From the human T2T-CHM13v2.0 reference genome, Homo sapiens: a stretch of 64,000 nucleotides of DNA. The DNA lies in assembly GCF_009914755.1 (NCBI RefSeq), contig NC_060927.1, one strand, 5' to 3'. Under the pieces are notes generated by a model, which was not told the origin of the DNA, did not search any database, and saw nothing but the letters and a program-made list of their open reading frames with translations. Position numbers and translations under genes: made by a program. This document shows positions 45,027-58,499 of this stretch, one piece after another (positions within the stretch are counted from its first letter, which is position 1; each line of letters begins with the position of its first letter).

Positions 45027-48000
45027 AAAGTGAGATGGCAAGATGGCCAAATAAATGCAGCCAGGTGAAACAGCTCCCACTGAGAAACTGAGATGCCTGA
45101 CATGCTCCTAACAGGTCTTCAGAGGGAAGGCACCAAGAGTGAATGGAGGGAAGACACAGAAGCTGGGCTGAATAGGGAAAAGGTTGGGAACTGCATGGGG
45201 CTACCACGCACTGGGACTGATTTCTGGCCCCCAAGGGCTCCAGGGGAACAGGTGAGTTGAACTGGCATGGAGCAACCCACTTCCACCAAGGGCCTCTGGA
45301 ACCCTGGCAAGAGAAGAATTCCTTGACCACCAAGGACACTCAAGTTGGCAGGGACATCTAAGAGAAGTGGTAGGGACAGCAAGCCAGCTGATGAGCAGCC
45401 CAGAGGGTTTGGTGCAGAAGGGTCTATAGCAAAACATGGCCAGGGATGGCCATTCCCCTAGGCTTGACTTTCTCCTGTAGGATACTTTAGCCCTAGGAGA
45501 ACTAAACTCTGCAGGAAAGTCTTGCCAGTCAGACAAGACTGGCCTGACCTGAGCACCTCTTGATCTGCTGTCTTGTCCCAGGTCCCCAGCCTGGCCACAC
45601 CTGCTTGCAGGGCAGTCTGGAGTACACAGGGGCCCACACCATACCTTCTGCACTGGCATGCAATGCCTGACCCACAGACAGCTTCATCAGGGCAGCCCCT
45701 AAGTCCATGCAGCAGCCTGCATGCACCCTCCCCATACTGCAGCTTGTCCCAGACCCATGGCAACTCCCCACATCACTTTACTGGTGCATATTTGCCCAGG
45801 TGATGTTTGCCTTCTTTGCTCCACCAGCTCATGGGAGAGCAGTCTGTTCCCCTTCCCCCAGATGACCACCATTGCAGACAGCCTTGGTAGCCCCACCCTC
45901 ACAAGTACCATGCCCTTGCACTAACACTGTGCAGAAAACAGTGGACAATTCCCCTACCCCGGTGACCACTCCTGCCTGTGGAGCCCAGAAAAGGCAGCCA
46001 GAGCTAAGCCTACCAGTGCCCCACCCCCAAGCCAACACCACTTCTAGCGTGACTGTCCACACAGTCACCAGCAGGGACTCCCTGTCCCCACCAGCAGCAT
46101 TGCCTCTGCCACTGTGGAGAATGCCCACAGGGAGATAGGTAACTCCCACCTACTAGCACTCCACCACAGCTGCTGCTACCATGGCTGCTGGCACATGCTA
46201 AAGAAGATGGATCCTGCTGTCACTGCACTCTAAAATGGTTTGGCTGACACCACCCATCAGAGTGTAGTGACCAGCAGTCTGGGGCACCTTGCTCCCCTCA
46301 GTGAAGTGGATTTCTAACCTCAAGGAGCCAGAGAACAAATTCAGGACCTAATATAAGTCCCCCAGAGTTAAAGCACATAGTCCAGGAGTTAGGAGCTGAG
46401 CATTAGCCCCCTAAAATCTTCCAGAAACAAAGCAGTCAGCTGAATTCACTTTATAGTATAATCAAACCCTCAAAGTCATCAAATAGAATTTAAAAAAATC
46501 CAAAGGTCAGTAACCTCAAAGAGTAAAGGTAGATAAGCCCACAGAGATGAGAAAGAATCAGTATAAGAACCCTGACAGCTCAAAAATTCAGAGTGCCTTC
46601 TTTCATCCAGATGAGTGCAGCACCTCTTCAGCAAGGGTTCTGAACCAGAATGAGATGGCTGAAATGACAGAAATAGAATTCATAATATGGTTAGGAATAA
46701 AGATCACTGGGCTACAGAAGTATCTTCAAACCCATTCCAAAGAAGCAAAAAAATCATGATAAAACAATGGAGGAGCTGACAGACAAAATACCAGCATAGA
46801 AAAGAATGTAACCAACCTGATAGAGCTGAAAAACACACTATAGGAATTCTGTAATTAAATTATAAATATTAATAGAGTGGACAACGCACAGGAAAGAATC
46901 TCAGAGCTGGACAACTGGCTTTCTGAAATAAGACAGTCAGACAAGAATAGCAAAGAAAAGAATGAAAAGAAGTGAACAAAACCTCCCAGACATATAAGAT
47001 TATGTAATGAGACCAAATCTACACTCATTGATGTCCCTGAAAGAGAAAAGGGTGAATGGAACCAACTTGCAAAACATATCTCAGTATATCATCCATGAAA
47101 ACTTTGCCAACCTAGCTAGACAAGCCAACATTCAAATTCAAGAAACAAAGAGGACCCCAGTAAGATACTCCGATACTCCACGAGAAGATCATCCCCAAGA
47201 CACATAATCATTAGATTCTCCAAGGTTGCAATGGAAGAAAAAATGCCAAGGCAGCTAGAAAGAAAGGTCAAACCACCTACCAATAGAAGCCCATCAGACT
47301 AACAGTGGACCTGTCAACAGAAACCCTATAAGCCAGAAGAGATTGGGGACTTACATTCAACATGCTTAAAGAAAGAAATTCCAACAAAGAATTTCATGTC
47401 CAACCAAACAGAGCTTCATAAGCAAAGGAGAAATAAGATCCTTTTCTGACAAGCAAATGCTGAGAGAATTCATTACCACCAGACCCACTTTAATAGAGCT
47501 CCTGAAGGAAGCACTAAATATGGAAAGAAAAGACTATTACCAGCAACTACAAAAACACACTGAAGTATAAAGACAGACCAGTGACACCATGAAACAACCA
47601 CAAGTCTGCAAAATAACCAGCTAGCATCATAATGACAGGAACAAATCCACACCTATCAATACTAACCTTGAATGTAAATGGGCTAAATGCTCCAATTTAA
47701 AGACACAGAATGGCAAGATAATGGTTCCAGATAAAGAACCAAGACCCATCGGTCTGCTGTCTTCAAGAGACCTATCTCATATGCAGTGACACACATAGGC
47801 ACAAAATAAAACAATGAAGAAAAATCTACCAAGTAAGTGGAAAAGAGAAAAAAAGCAGTTTGCAATCCTAGTTTCAGATAAAACAGACTTTAAACCTACA
47901 AAGATCAAAAAGGACAAAGAAGGTTATTACATAGCGGTAAATGGTTTAATTCAACAAGAAGATCTAACTATCCTAAATATATATGCACCCAACACAGAAG

Positions 48001-48595
48001 TAACCGATTTATAAAGCAAGTTCTTAGAGACTTTCAAAGATACTTAGACCTCCACGCAATAATAGTGGGAAATTTTAACACTCCACTGACAGCATTAGAT
48101 AATTGAGACAGAAAATTAATAAACGTATTCAGGACCTGATCTCAGCAGTGGGTCAAATGGACCTGATAGATATCTATAGAACTCTCCACCCCAAAACAAT
48201 AGAATATACATTCTTCTCATTGCTATATGGCACATACTTTAAAATAAATCACATAATCAGAAGTAAAACACTCCTCAGAATATACACAAGAATAGAAATC
48301 CTAACAATCTCTCAGACCAGAGTACAATCAAATTAGAAATCAAGACTAAGAAATTCATTCAAAAACCATACAATTACATGGAATTTGAATAACCTGCTCC
48401 TGAATGACTTTTGGGTAAATAATGAAATTAAGGCAGAAATCAAGAAGTTCTTTGAAACTAAGAAGAACAAAGATACAACATACCAGATTCTCTGGGACAT
48501 AGCTAAGGCAGTGTTAAGAGGAAAACTTATGAAACTAAATGCCCACATCAAAATGTGAGAAAAAAATTAAAAAACCTTAAAATTAAAGTTTAAAA
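45027..48595 (+). mobile_element. L1PA15/16-like LINE-1 with intact 5'UTR, decayed ORF1 (ATG 46547) and the first ~310 codons of ORF2 (ATG 47632), then an A-rich end
   Basis: ggcaagatggcc start; ORF1-like MRKNQYKN; EN-like [16 protein letters not shown]; 14-bp TSD AAGATATAAAAGCC at 45013-45026 and 48596-48609. Confidence 0.88.
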
Positions 48596-49546
48596 AAGAT
48601 ATAAAAGCCTTTATGTTTCTGTAGAAGCTGTGCTTTGTTTGTTAAACAAGGTCTTTTCAGAAGAACTATGTATATTTTCATTTAATCTGTATGAATCCTG
48701 CATATTTGGTGCCAAAGCAGTAATTTTTGCCTTATGGAAAAATAAGAACTTCAAGAGTTTGTACATGTATTCACACAATGAGTCTTAGAAAGAGTCACAC
48801 AGAGCCAGTGAACTTGATTAAGTATAGCACATTAAAAGTCAAACATCTGAAATATACTGAGTGCTAAGAAGTGGAACATAAATAAATTTATAAAAATTGA
48901 TCTAAGTTCATCAAATTCGGGTGTATCTAATGAAGCATAAACCCAGAATGTAAAAAAGAAAAAACTGTCTTGTAAATAGAGTAACTATATGGGTGAATAT
49001 ACCCAGTGAAGTTTCCAACCAATGACAACCAAGACTCAGATCAGAAGTAATACTTTGACACTTACCACTAAAATCAAGTCTATCATGTTTTTAACCAAGA
49101 ATCTCAATAAAAGAATGTGATTTCATTTTATATCAAAGGAAGAAGTTACGTGTCTTAAATGAGATTCAGATTTGGTATGTCAAAAGAATAATAGTTTCAA
49201 GTGAATAAACATAATGGATTTGCAAGAGGTGCAAATATTAAACGACAGTTAATACTGAAATTCAGTTGCACTTCCTAAAGATTACCTGGGTCACCAAATA
49301 TAGAAATACTTAATTCTTTTACTAAAATTGCTGCAACTAAGGTAACCAATCATCAACTACCAGAAGTTTTAACTGGTGTTTAGTCTTTGACAATGACATA
49401 GATACATTCTGGCTTCATTAAGGGTAGCTAAGTGATGCCATGTATTTTACATGCCAGGGGAAGTCGTTTAATCTTGATGTGATTACTTTTCTTTGGGTTT
49501 CTCATTTTTTTGAGTTATTTGAATTACCTGTAGAGTATGGCCAGGG

Positions 49547-49585
49547 AAACAATACAAGGTAACTGTTGTTTACCTTGTATTGTTT
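49547..49585. repeat. Perfect 16-bp inverted repeat with a 7-nt loop
   Basis: aaacaatacaaggtaa-ctgttgt-ttaccttgtattgttt. Confidence 0.95.
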
Positions 49586-49869
49586 AAGACTCCAACTAGT
49601 ACATTCTACATGTTTTATTAGCAACTCATAAAATATGCCAGAAAATATTAGGATTGACAGACTCTAACTTGTCCCTTTAACTGACCATGCTCAAAATGCA
49701 AATTCAGAGAAACAAAAAGGAAAATGTTGTGTTTTACATTTATATTAAAATATTCTTAGAAGAAGAGCAAATTCAAATTATTTTACTGCCATATGCAGTT
49801 ATAGAGTAAAATGAGGCATTTAACCTCAGTGAGGAAGAGAAGCAGGTTTATGGGAAGGAAAGAAGGTAC

Positions 49870-49899
49870 AGAGAGAGAGAGAAAGAGAGAGAGAGAGAG
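49870..49899 (+). repeat. Interrupted (GA)n microsatellite
   Basis: agagagagagagaaaagagagagagagagag. Confidence 0.85.
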
Positions 49900-50865
49900 C
49901 CTCTTACAATTTATAAACAAATGTTCTTAATAAATCTCAGAATTTAAACAGAAAATGTGTTTAGGAAAAATGCAAGGGTCTCTGTTGAGCCCAATTTTGT
50001 GATTATTTAAAAATAATTTTTGTAACTTATTAAATCAAATAAATTCTGCCTAGCATACAGCAACTTTAAATGATAAAGTTTTATTAAGGAAGAAGTTTGA
50101 TATACATGACTTATGCCCTTTAATTCTTTCAAGGGCTTCACATAAAAAAGAATTTAAAATGGTCAACTATGCATAAAGTCCATTCAGTACTTAACCAAGC
50201 AAATGGAAAGAGCATATGCCAGGGAAAGACAAACACTCTGATAAGACCTGTTAGGGCAATATCAGGAGTTATGTCGCAGATATATGTGTATACGTAGACT
50301 TTCAAAAGAAGTCTTTCCTCATGAAAGACCTCAAAGTTTATCTACTAGCTGTAATGTATACATGCCATAGTCAAAAACTAAATACCATATAAAACCGATG
50401 GCAGAGAAAAAAATTAGCAAATGTATCAAATACTAGATGTCAAATTCTGTATATCTTTGTTGCTAAGCCTCTATATGAGTAAGGAAGACTCCTTAATGAA
50501 AATCACTATTCTCTGTAAATTAAAATACCTTTAAATTAAATATTTTTTAAATTTTAGTTTGAATTTCAAAACAAGACATTCTAACTTTGTTAGAACTTCC
50601 CTTTGTTTATAATCAGTGTTTAAGTTATTAATAATTAACAGCTGATGCATAAAGCAAACCCCAGTTCATGGATTTGTGTACTATATATCCCTTTGGCAAA
50701 TCAATTATTTACTACTGAATAGTTAAAACTTTCATTGGCTTCCCACCGCAATTACAATAAAATCCATACTCCCTATCAAGGCTGAGAAGACTTTACATTC
50801 CTGTCCAACGGGTATCTCTCTGACTTTATATTGTACCTCGCTCACTACAGTTCCGTCTCACTGCT

Positions 50866-51419
50866 TGTGACAGTCAGAATTCTAAGATGCCCACCAAGAT
50901 TTCTGTGCACTGGTATACATTCCCTGACTAATCTTTTCCCCTTGAGTATGAGCAGAACCTGTAAATATGATGTGATAGCAGACACCCTCTTGATTAGGTT
51001 ATGTTACACAGCAAATATGATGGGATAGTCACTCCATGTTTACTTACTATTACATAAGACTGTCTTGGTGGACTAGAGAGACTCTTGCTATCCTTGAAGA
51101 AGAAAGATGCCATGTTATGAGAGAGTCATGTGCTAGGACCTGAAGGCAGTCCTTAAGGAGCTGGAAGCAACTCTCTGAATATCCCGCAAGAAAAAAACAC
51201 AACGAATTAAATTCTGCCAACTAGTGAGTTTGGAATAGGAGCCCGAACTCCAGATGAAAATGCAGCTCAGCATTCTTGACTCAGACATTCCCCTAGGCAG
51301 AGATCCCAGGTACACATGATAGAATCTTGACCTACACAAAATATGAGATGCTAAATGTGTGTTGTTTTAAGTCAATAACTTTGTGGTAATTTCTTATGCA
51401 GCCACAGAAAATTAATACA
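50866..51419 (+). mobile_element. Solo MaLR LTR (MLT1E-family-like)
   Basis: tgtgacagtcagaattctaagatg...ccttgagtatgagcagaacctgt...tgttgttttaag...ttatgcagccacagaaaattaataca with TG...CA termini. Confidence 0.8.
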
Positions 51420-51487
51420 TTTCCTTCCTTTGTTCTTCAAACATGATAAGCCCATTACTTGGGTGGTCTTTTTGTTGCTGCAAAGTC

Positions 51488-51600
51488 TTTTTTCCTTCAA
51501 CTTTTATGTTTGGAGTACATGTTTAGGATGTTCAGGTTTGTTACATAGAAAGACGTGTGCCATGGTGGTTTCCTGCACAGATCAACCTATCAGCATAGGT
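51488..51600 (-). mobile_element. Short L1PA10-13-type 3'-end fragment
   Basis: ttcaacttttat...caggtttgttacatag...gtgccatggtggtttcctgcacagatc. Confidence 0.7.
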
Positions 51601-52191
51601 GGTTTCTTATTTAAATTGAGATCTTAGCTTAAAATCACATTCTCTGATAAGCCCCAGCTGCCAACCACATCTAAAGTTCAACCCACATATATAGCAGTTC
51701 ATCTCCTGAAGATTACCATCTTCTATTTTCATCATGGCACTTATTACTATTGACAAGTATCTGTTTAGTTTTCACGTTTTTAAAAATTTTAAACAAAGTA
51801 TCTCATGAACACAGTTTAAAAGGCAAATAATACTACAAGACTTACAGTAATAACAACAGTAGTTGTTGTTTAATTAGTTGCTTAATTAAAATGTACTTAT
51901 CTCTTTAATGACAATAGGATGAAGCATCTCTGATTCACCTCTTCAAATGCTAACCATATCAACATTTTATTGTGTCTTGTTTTTTGAAGATGATTCTTCC
52001 TTCACTTAAGTATTATTGTTGCCTTGAGCAAAGAGTTGAACTATATCACCTAGCTCACTATTAGGAGAAGCTTAAAATTCAATAAATACTTCACACTATG
52101 TTCTGCTTTGTGTATTTTTATTGCAAATGAAATAAGTGTACCATCCTTTTAAATTAAGTATAAGTTTTTAAAGAACAATCAAAATGAAGAG

Positions 52192-52567
52192 GTATATGTA
52201 TATACAATAGGATACTACTCAGCCATAAAAAGGAATGAAATGGTACTCGTAGCAATCTGGATGAGATTGGAGACTATTATTGTAAGTGAAGTAACTCAGG
52301 AATGGAAAACCATACATCGTATGTTCTCACTCATAAGTGGGAGCTAAGCTAAGAGGATGCAAAGGCATACAAGTGTCACAGTAGACTTTGGGGACTCAAG
52401 GAGAAAAGGTGGGAAAGGGTGAGAGATAAAAGGCTACAAATTGAGTTCTGTGTATGCTGTTTGGGTGATGGGTGCACCAAAATCTCACAAATCACCACTA
52501 AAGAAATTACTCATGTAACCAAATACGACCTGTTCCCCAAAAACCTATGAAAACAAACAAAAAAAAT
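52192..52567 (+). mobile_element. L1PB1-like 3' end
   Basis: ggatgagattggagactattatt...aagtaactcaggaatggaaaacc...gtgcaccaaaatctcacaaatcaccactaaag. Confidence 0.85.
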
Positions 52568-52597
52568 TTAAGTGCTTCTGAAAAAATGGTTTAATAA

Positions 52598-52903
52598 GGC
52601 CGGGCGCAGTGGCTCAAGCCTGTAATCCCAGCACTTTGGGAGGCCGAGGCGGGTGGATCACAAGATCAGGAGATCCAGACCATCCTGGCTAACACGGTGA
52701 AACCCCATCTCTACTAAAAACATTAAAAAAAATTAGCCGGGCGTGGTGGTGGGCGCCTGTAGTCCCAGCTACTCTGGAGGCTGAGGCAGGAGAATGGCTG
52801 AACCCGGGAGGCGGAGCTTGCAGTAAGCCGAGATCGTGCCACTGCACTCCAGCCTGGACGACACAGCGAGACTCCATCTCAAAAAAAAAAAAAAAAAAAA
52901 AAA
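52598..52903 (+). mobile_element. Full-length AluY
   Basis: GGCCGGGCGC start; Y-type ccatcctggctaacacggtg and gcggagcttgcagt; A23 tail; TSD aaaaaa(t/a)ggtttaataa at 52581-52597 and 52897-52913. Confidence 0.95.
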
Positions 52904-54344
52904 GGTTTAATAAAATAAAGTGAAGTGGTATAATTTTTCACAATGACAGGAAATTAAAGGCGATATTTAGCAGAGGCTTAGGCAAGCATAGGAAATTTTC
53001 TTTTTTGGAGAGAGAGGAAAGAGTATAGATTTTATTAGAAATGTTTATATTTAAGCAATTACATGAAAAACTCATAATCAGCAGAAGATTAACACTACAA
53101 AAAATCTTCAAAATAAGAAACAAAATAAAGGGGACAGAGGCTGGAGAATAAAGAATTCTTTATGTAAATAGGAGATAAGAAAGAAGACAAAAGCAAACAA
53201 AATAGATGACAAAAATATTTGGTTGTATTAGTTTGTTACGTTAAAAATAAAGAATTGTGAAAGAAAAGCTTATTGAATATTTTTTTAAGATGGAGTCAAA
53301 ATTTGTATCTAATCACTTTGCTTCTCTTGAAACGGTCAGTGGATCCTTGCTGGTTCCACTTAAAATAAAGTTAGAGGTATTTTCATTTCTCTGGAGTGTA
53401 CATGTCCCAATCTGAACATTATTGTTTTCTGTTCTCTGTCTTCCTCATTTCATGTAACAGATTACTCCATAGATCAATAAACAACTCATGTCATATAGGT
53501 CACTGAACAATTGGTCCATAGTAATTGTACTGCATTCTGGCTACACCAAACTAAATTTCCTCTTATGAAAGGAAGGAAGGAATACCTTGTTATAGTCTCT
53601 TTCTTCATCTCAACCTCTCTTCCACCCTGGAGAAGGCCAATATGCTGAATAGATATCATTAAGGTTGAATTTTTTTCCTAAAAATTCTACTTACTTTCAT
53701 TTTTGACCAATCTTCTGTTTTACATAATTTTAAGGATATGTGTAAATTAATTGTTACTTAACAGTAAATATTACTTCAAAAAATTAGAAGATAAAAAAAT
53801 CACAATTTTTGTGAATTTGGCAGGGGAAGGGGAGTCCTTGGGAGTAATTCAAAGATGGGCTCATTAAAGCCCCAAAGTGCCTGAGGACATACAACTACTT
53901 ACCAAAGGAAGTGAAGCCGGAACTCAGGCCTTATAGAACGTATCAAAATTGTTCACACCTTTTAAAGGCCTATCTATGTAATAGTAGAGTCATCGGTTGA
54001 AAAGTAGGAAGAGTGCTTTGATCAGCTAGTACTTTTGTCTGCACCTTATGTAAGCAACATGGCTTAAAGTTACAATGCTATCTGTGTTACAAATGTCTTC
54101 AGTGAAGTCTGGTTGTCTCCTCCACACAGAAGATGATGGGTAAAATTTATAGCTTCCCATCTCCCATTCTGGCACTAAGGATGGAGATGTATGTTCCATA
54201 TCCTTAAAATTCTATTTAAGAAACTCCTATGACATAAACCTAGAGCAAATTTCAGAGATTTCAATAGTAGTTCATCTGTTCATTAACCTCAACCATGTGC
54301 AAAATTTTATAAAAATATCTACTTTAACATCAGACTTCCCAGAT

Positions 54345-54540
54345 TTGTCACTTCCATTAGAATTATAAGATGGTAGAAATGAAAGATATCTTAGAAAAAA
54401 ATCTACTTGATTAATACATGAAGAAACACAGGCCTAGATAAGTGAAGCAATTACTTGAAGTGTCACTTCAAATGGTTCATACCAGGTCATCGACTAGAAT
54501 TCACATCTTTTCATTCCCACTCCAGGGAACTTTTACCATT
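54345..54540 (-). mobile_element. MIR
   Basis: atacatgaagaaacacaggcctagataagtgaagcaattacttg...gactagaattc. Confidence 0.5.
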
Positions 54541-54679
54541 TTGGAGGGTAAGGGGTATAAGATGGGAGAGCTATTCAGATTTTTGTTCTTCCACTAATCT
54601 ATTTTTAGTTCAGATGTTTATAAGCTAGTCTTTCTGAAGACAAAAACACTAAGCAAGAAGGCTTACAGTAAGAAAAAAC

Positions 54680-55280
54680 ACATTTATTTATTCATTGAAT
54701 AAGTAGCATGCACTGTTCCAAATAGTAGAGATGTAAATCCCCTCACTTTAAATGGAACTTAGATTTTAGTGGGGGTCAGGGAGGTGCTGGTGGTGGAGGT
54801 GCTGGAGACACACAGTCTAAAGAAAATAAATTGATAAGCCAAATAAGTTCACATAGTGATGCATTCTAAAAAGGAAATAAAATAGAATGAAAAGGAGGAG
54901 GTGACTACTTTAGATTAAAGGTCTTTCTGAGGCATTAACCCTTGCACTAGAAGCTGAATGATAACAAGGAGTCGGCCATGTGAGGTCCTAGGAAAGACCA
55001 TTCTAGACGGTGGTGGCAAAGGACTGGAGGTCAGAACAAGGCTGGCAAAATAATCCAGGAGGGGAAAGACTAGTGGGGCTAGAGTGTGGTGACTAAAGGA
55101 GACAACAGGGAGAGATGAGGTCAGGGTATGCGGAAGCCCTATCATGCCTATGACAGGAGGTTTGAATTTTATCCTTAGTATAAAGAAATACGTTTGAAGA
55201 TTTTACACAGGGAAACATCATTCTTCAATTGATTCTTTTATAAGATCACCATGACTCCATGTGTGAAGAATAGATTACAG
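54680..55280 (-). mobile_element. L2 3' fragment
   Basis: catttatttattcattgaa...ggaacttagattttagtgggg...gagatgaggtcag...aagatcacc. Confidence 0.65.
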
Positions 55281-55849
55281 TGATGGCACTGTAATTTGGT
55301 CTATATTTTATGACATGTGACATAGAGTAAAACAAACTAATCAGATAAAACAAGGCCAAAATAACTGGAATTATTCAAACGTTATGTCGTCACACCAACT
55401 GGAGAAAGAAAAATCACAAAAAAAGCTGGTTGAAATCGGAATTCCATACATCTGGCTGATAAAAGGAAGACCTTGATATCCAGTGACACTCAAAAGAGTT
55501 TTAGAATCCAGCAACTTTGAAGATGGTCATTAAAACTCATGGTACCAAATACATGGTCAAAATCAGTCCATTTTGCAAAAGTCACAGTAATGAATCTTAA
55601 TAAGTACATTAATGCATTATATTCTCAATCGATCTTATTTTCACATTCCCCTCTCATGACATTGATCATTTATTCTACATTTTCATACTCTGTCCTTGAG
55701 GGAATAAAGATGCTCCATAAGCCATTTGCCTCATTCTCTGGGGACCAAAACACTTACCTGTTGAAGTGTGCTTATAAAGTATAGCCCTTACCCTTATGTA
55801 GGAAAAGACTCGAGAGGTAAATTGCATCATTTGTCAGCATTTGTTAGTA

Positions 55850-56030
55850 TTTTACATATGCCACCTAGTTTATGTTAACAGAATCATATGATAGGTACTA
55901 TTTTTGCCATGTTCCAGATAAGAAAGGTGAGGCTTAAAATATTTGACAAACTGTCCAGGCTCACACAGCCTCAAAATAGCAGAGGTGATATTTTTAACCC
56001 AGGAAAATATGACCCCAAAGACCAAGAGCT
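55850..56030 (-). mobile_element. MIR
   Basis: ataggtactatttttgccatgttccagataagaaaggtgaggctta...cacacagc. Confidence 0.55.
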
Positions 56031-57129
56031 TCTGTAGCAGCCCAGAAAGAATTCTTCATGCTGTAAAGGAAGTTCAAGTAAGAGAGTTTAGGCTGACCTT
56101 CCAGTAGATCTTGTGGGACCTGGAGTGTGTTCCATTTTTAGACATTAATCACCTTCTCATCACCAACAGGAATATTGTCACACATTTTTTAACCTCAGTT
56201 ATAATTGACTGAACACTATGGTAGTCCAGGAAGTTAGGACTAATGTAGCATTATAATTGCTTTAGGAAAGCATTACGAGAGCATTAAAGTCGTCTTTTAT
56301 AAAACAACTTTTTAAAAGGCTGTATTTCATGTAAAAATCTTCCTCCACTCCTATTACACTTCAATGATGCAAATTGTTTTCCTTTTTGTGGTAATTTAAT
56401 GCTCCCCTGAACTGACTCCCTTGATTTCAGAAGCTGGCCTCAAAACAGTCATGCTCACTGATACAGACTTGGCACAAAGAGAAATTCATTTTCTGCTTGA
56501 CTTTGTAAGTGAAATTACACTCTGACGGCACTCCTTTCCACTGCCACTGAAAGGTATTAATGAAACATGGCACCAGAAATTTATTTGCCAGGTTGTCTTC
56601 TAGTTTACCCTTAGGTCTAAAAATGCCTTTTTAGATCTATGTGACGAGAGAGGAGGGGGGAGGAAGAAAACTCTTGGCATGGCCGGAAAATCACACAAGT
56701 TGTTTGATCTCCAGATTGAGAAGAAGTCAGCATTTCACAGGGGTCTTAGTACTTATAAAAAACAGCTGTGCTCAGATACAAAATATGTAGGTTTATATTT
56801 CATGATTGAGTCCCAAGCCTCTCAGGTCAGAAATCACTAGACAGCTAATTATCTTTCGGAAAGGAAGATTATCTATGTAATGAAACTCACTGTTCAGGGT
56901 GTAGTTTCAGAAGCAAGATGTCTAACATTGAGATGAAGTTCCTCAAAGTATTTCTGTATTGACTGACTCCTTGTTCTTCTCTCCATGCTCAAAAAAAACC
57001 AAGCCATCCTAAGGGATAGAAAGGAGGGAAAGAATATTTCTGCAGCAGCCTGCTCAGATGGCTCTGACCTGAGGACAATTCACTGAGGAGTCTTCCAGCA
57101 TTCTGTCTACACTCTTGCCAGTTCACCAT

Positions 57130-57275
57130 GATTTACTTTCTATAATGATTGATTGTCAGTCCTTCTTACTATAGACTATATGTGTGCTAAGAGCTTATGA
57201 CCCATTTATTTTTTTTTCCACAACTTAGCACAGGACCTAACATGTAATTGACTCAATATTTTTGATGAATACATG
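57130..57275 (+). mobile_element. L2 3' terminus
   Basis: tagactata...ttagcacaggacctaacatgtaattgactcaatatttttgatgaat. Confidence 0.55.
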
Positions 57276-58499
57276 AAAAAAGAAAAAGAGGAAGAATACA
57301 TCAATTGATTGATAGATAAATAGATAGATAGATAAATGAAATTTGATTCTGATTCTGGTGAGACAGGCAGGGATCTGGCATAAACCCTCAACAGCCTTTT
57401 GTCCTCAGTGAATAAATTTGATGTTAGAGTCCGCATGATTAAAAGTGACATCTATTGGTCAGGGGCAGTGTGATAAAGAAAGCAAGAGCCCTGAGGACTT
57501 TTTTTTTTTTTTTTTTACCAACTTCTCATATACTAAGATATTTTTCTCTAAGATCTAAACTTCACATGCCTTTTGCCCAAGTGAAAAAGATGAGGATATC
57601 CTAGGTAAATATCAGCATCTCTCAGTATGGAATTGGAAGAGAGTTTGATGGAGTTTACCCTAGTTTTCTGAAACTCTTCCTGATGTGGAGAGAAGTAGAT
57701 AAAAATTATCAAGTACCTCCCTTATGCTTCTGTATAAACCAGCTCTGTGCTAGGATAAAAAGACAGCCAAGCACTGGTAAATTATTGCAAGATGCCATGG
57801 GGGAAGAAACAGCATTTTTTTTTTCTGTCTCAAGAGCCCAATCTTAGTTCTTACTGCCTAGAGATCATTATTATTAATAATGTCAGGCCATGGGCTAAAT
57901 AAGACTGGCATGCATTAGCATATTTAATGCTCATGACATCCCACTGAGATACAGGGCTACTCACATTTTATACAAATTGGAATCACACAAATTTTAAGTA
58001 TGCAAATATGAAATAGTTCAATGTAAAAATATCAACACATTCTCACTTTATTTACAAAATTTCAAATATAGCAAATGTATTCCAATTTAAAATATTATGA
58101 AGACTTGCCTAATTTAAAAGACAAGCCTAGAGAATTTTAAATGATATTTATGTTTTGGTCATGTGAGGATGTGCTACTTTTGCAGGAAAATAAAAATTGT
58201 TACAATAAAATCTAATACTTTTTGAACATTAAGCACCTCATAGATCTCAGGCTATTTATTTTTCACAAAAAAGAAGATTCCATGAAGCAACACTCTTATT
58301 ATCCCTCTTTTGCAGAGAAGGAAAATGTGATGTGCAAGCTCTGAGTAGCAGAGGTAGAATTTAAACTCTTGCAGCCTGGCTCCAGACCTAATCAAATCAA
58401 TTCCTGGCCTTACTTTCTAGGATTAATTTTGACATATATGCATTTTTAATTGAATAAAGCATTTAGGAATCCTTCCTTCACATAAAATATGCCTGCTTT

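Larger units (their letters stand above)
50700..51780 (+). mobile_element. L2 relic hosting a MaLR LTR and a short L1 fragment
   Basis: ttaaaactttcattggcttccc...aataaaatcca before the LTR; tcttagcttaaaatcac...catggcacttattac after it. Confidence 0.55.

Noticed and set aside
45119-46149. Dense cluster of ORFs in GC-richer sequence suggesting a gene
   Set aside because: Lies in an L1 5'UTR; higher GC lowers stop frequency in all six frames.
52608-52622. GGCTCAAGCC in the AluY, reminiscent of macaque AluY subfamilies
   Set aside because: A single substitution at a CpG; the AluYb and L1PA2-like elements indicate human DNA.
55274-55295. 9-bp hairpin attacagtg-atgg-cactgtaat
   Set aside because: Short enough to be expected by chance in 64 kb.
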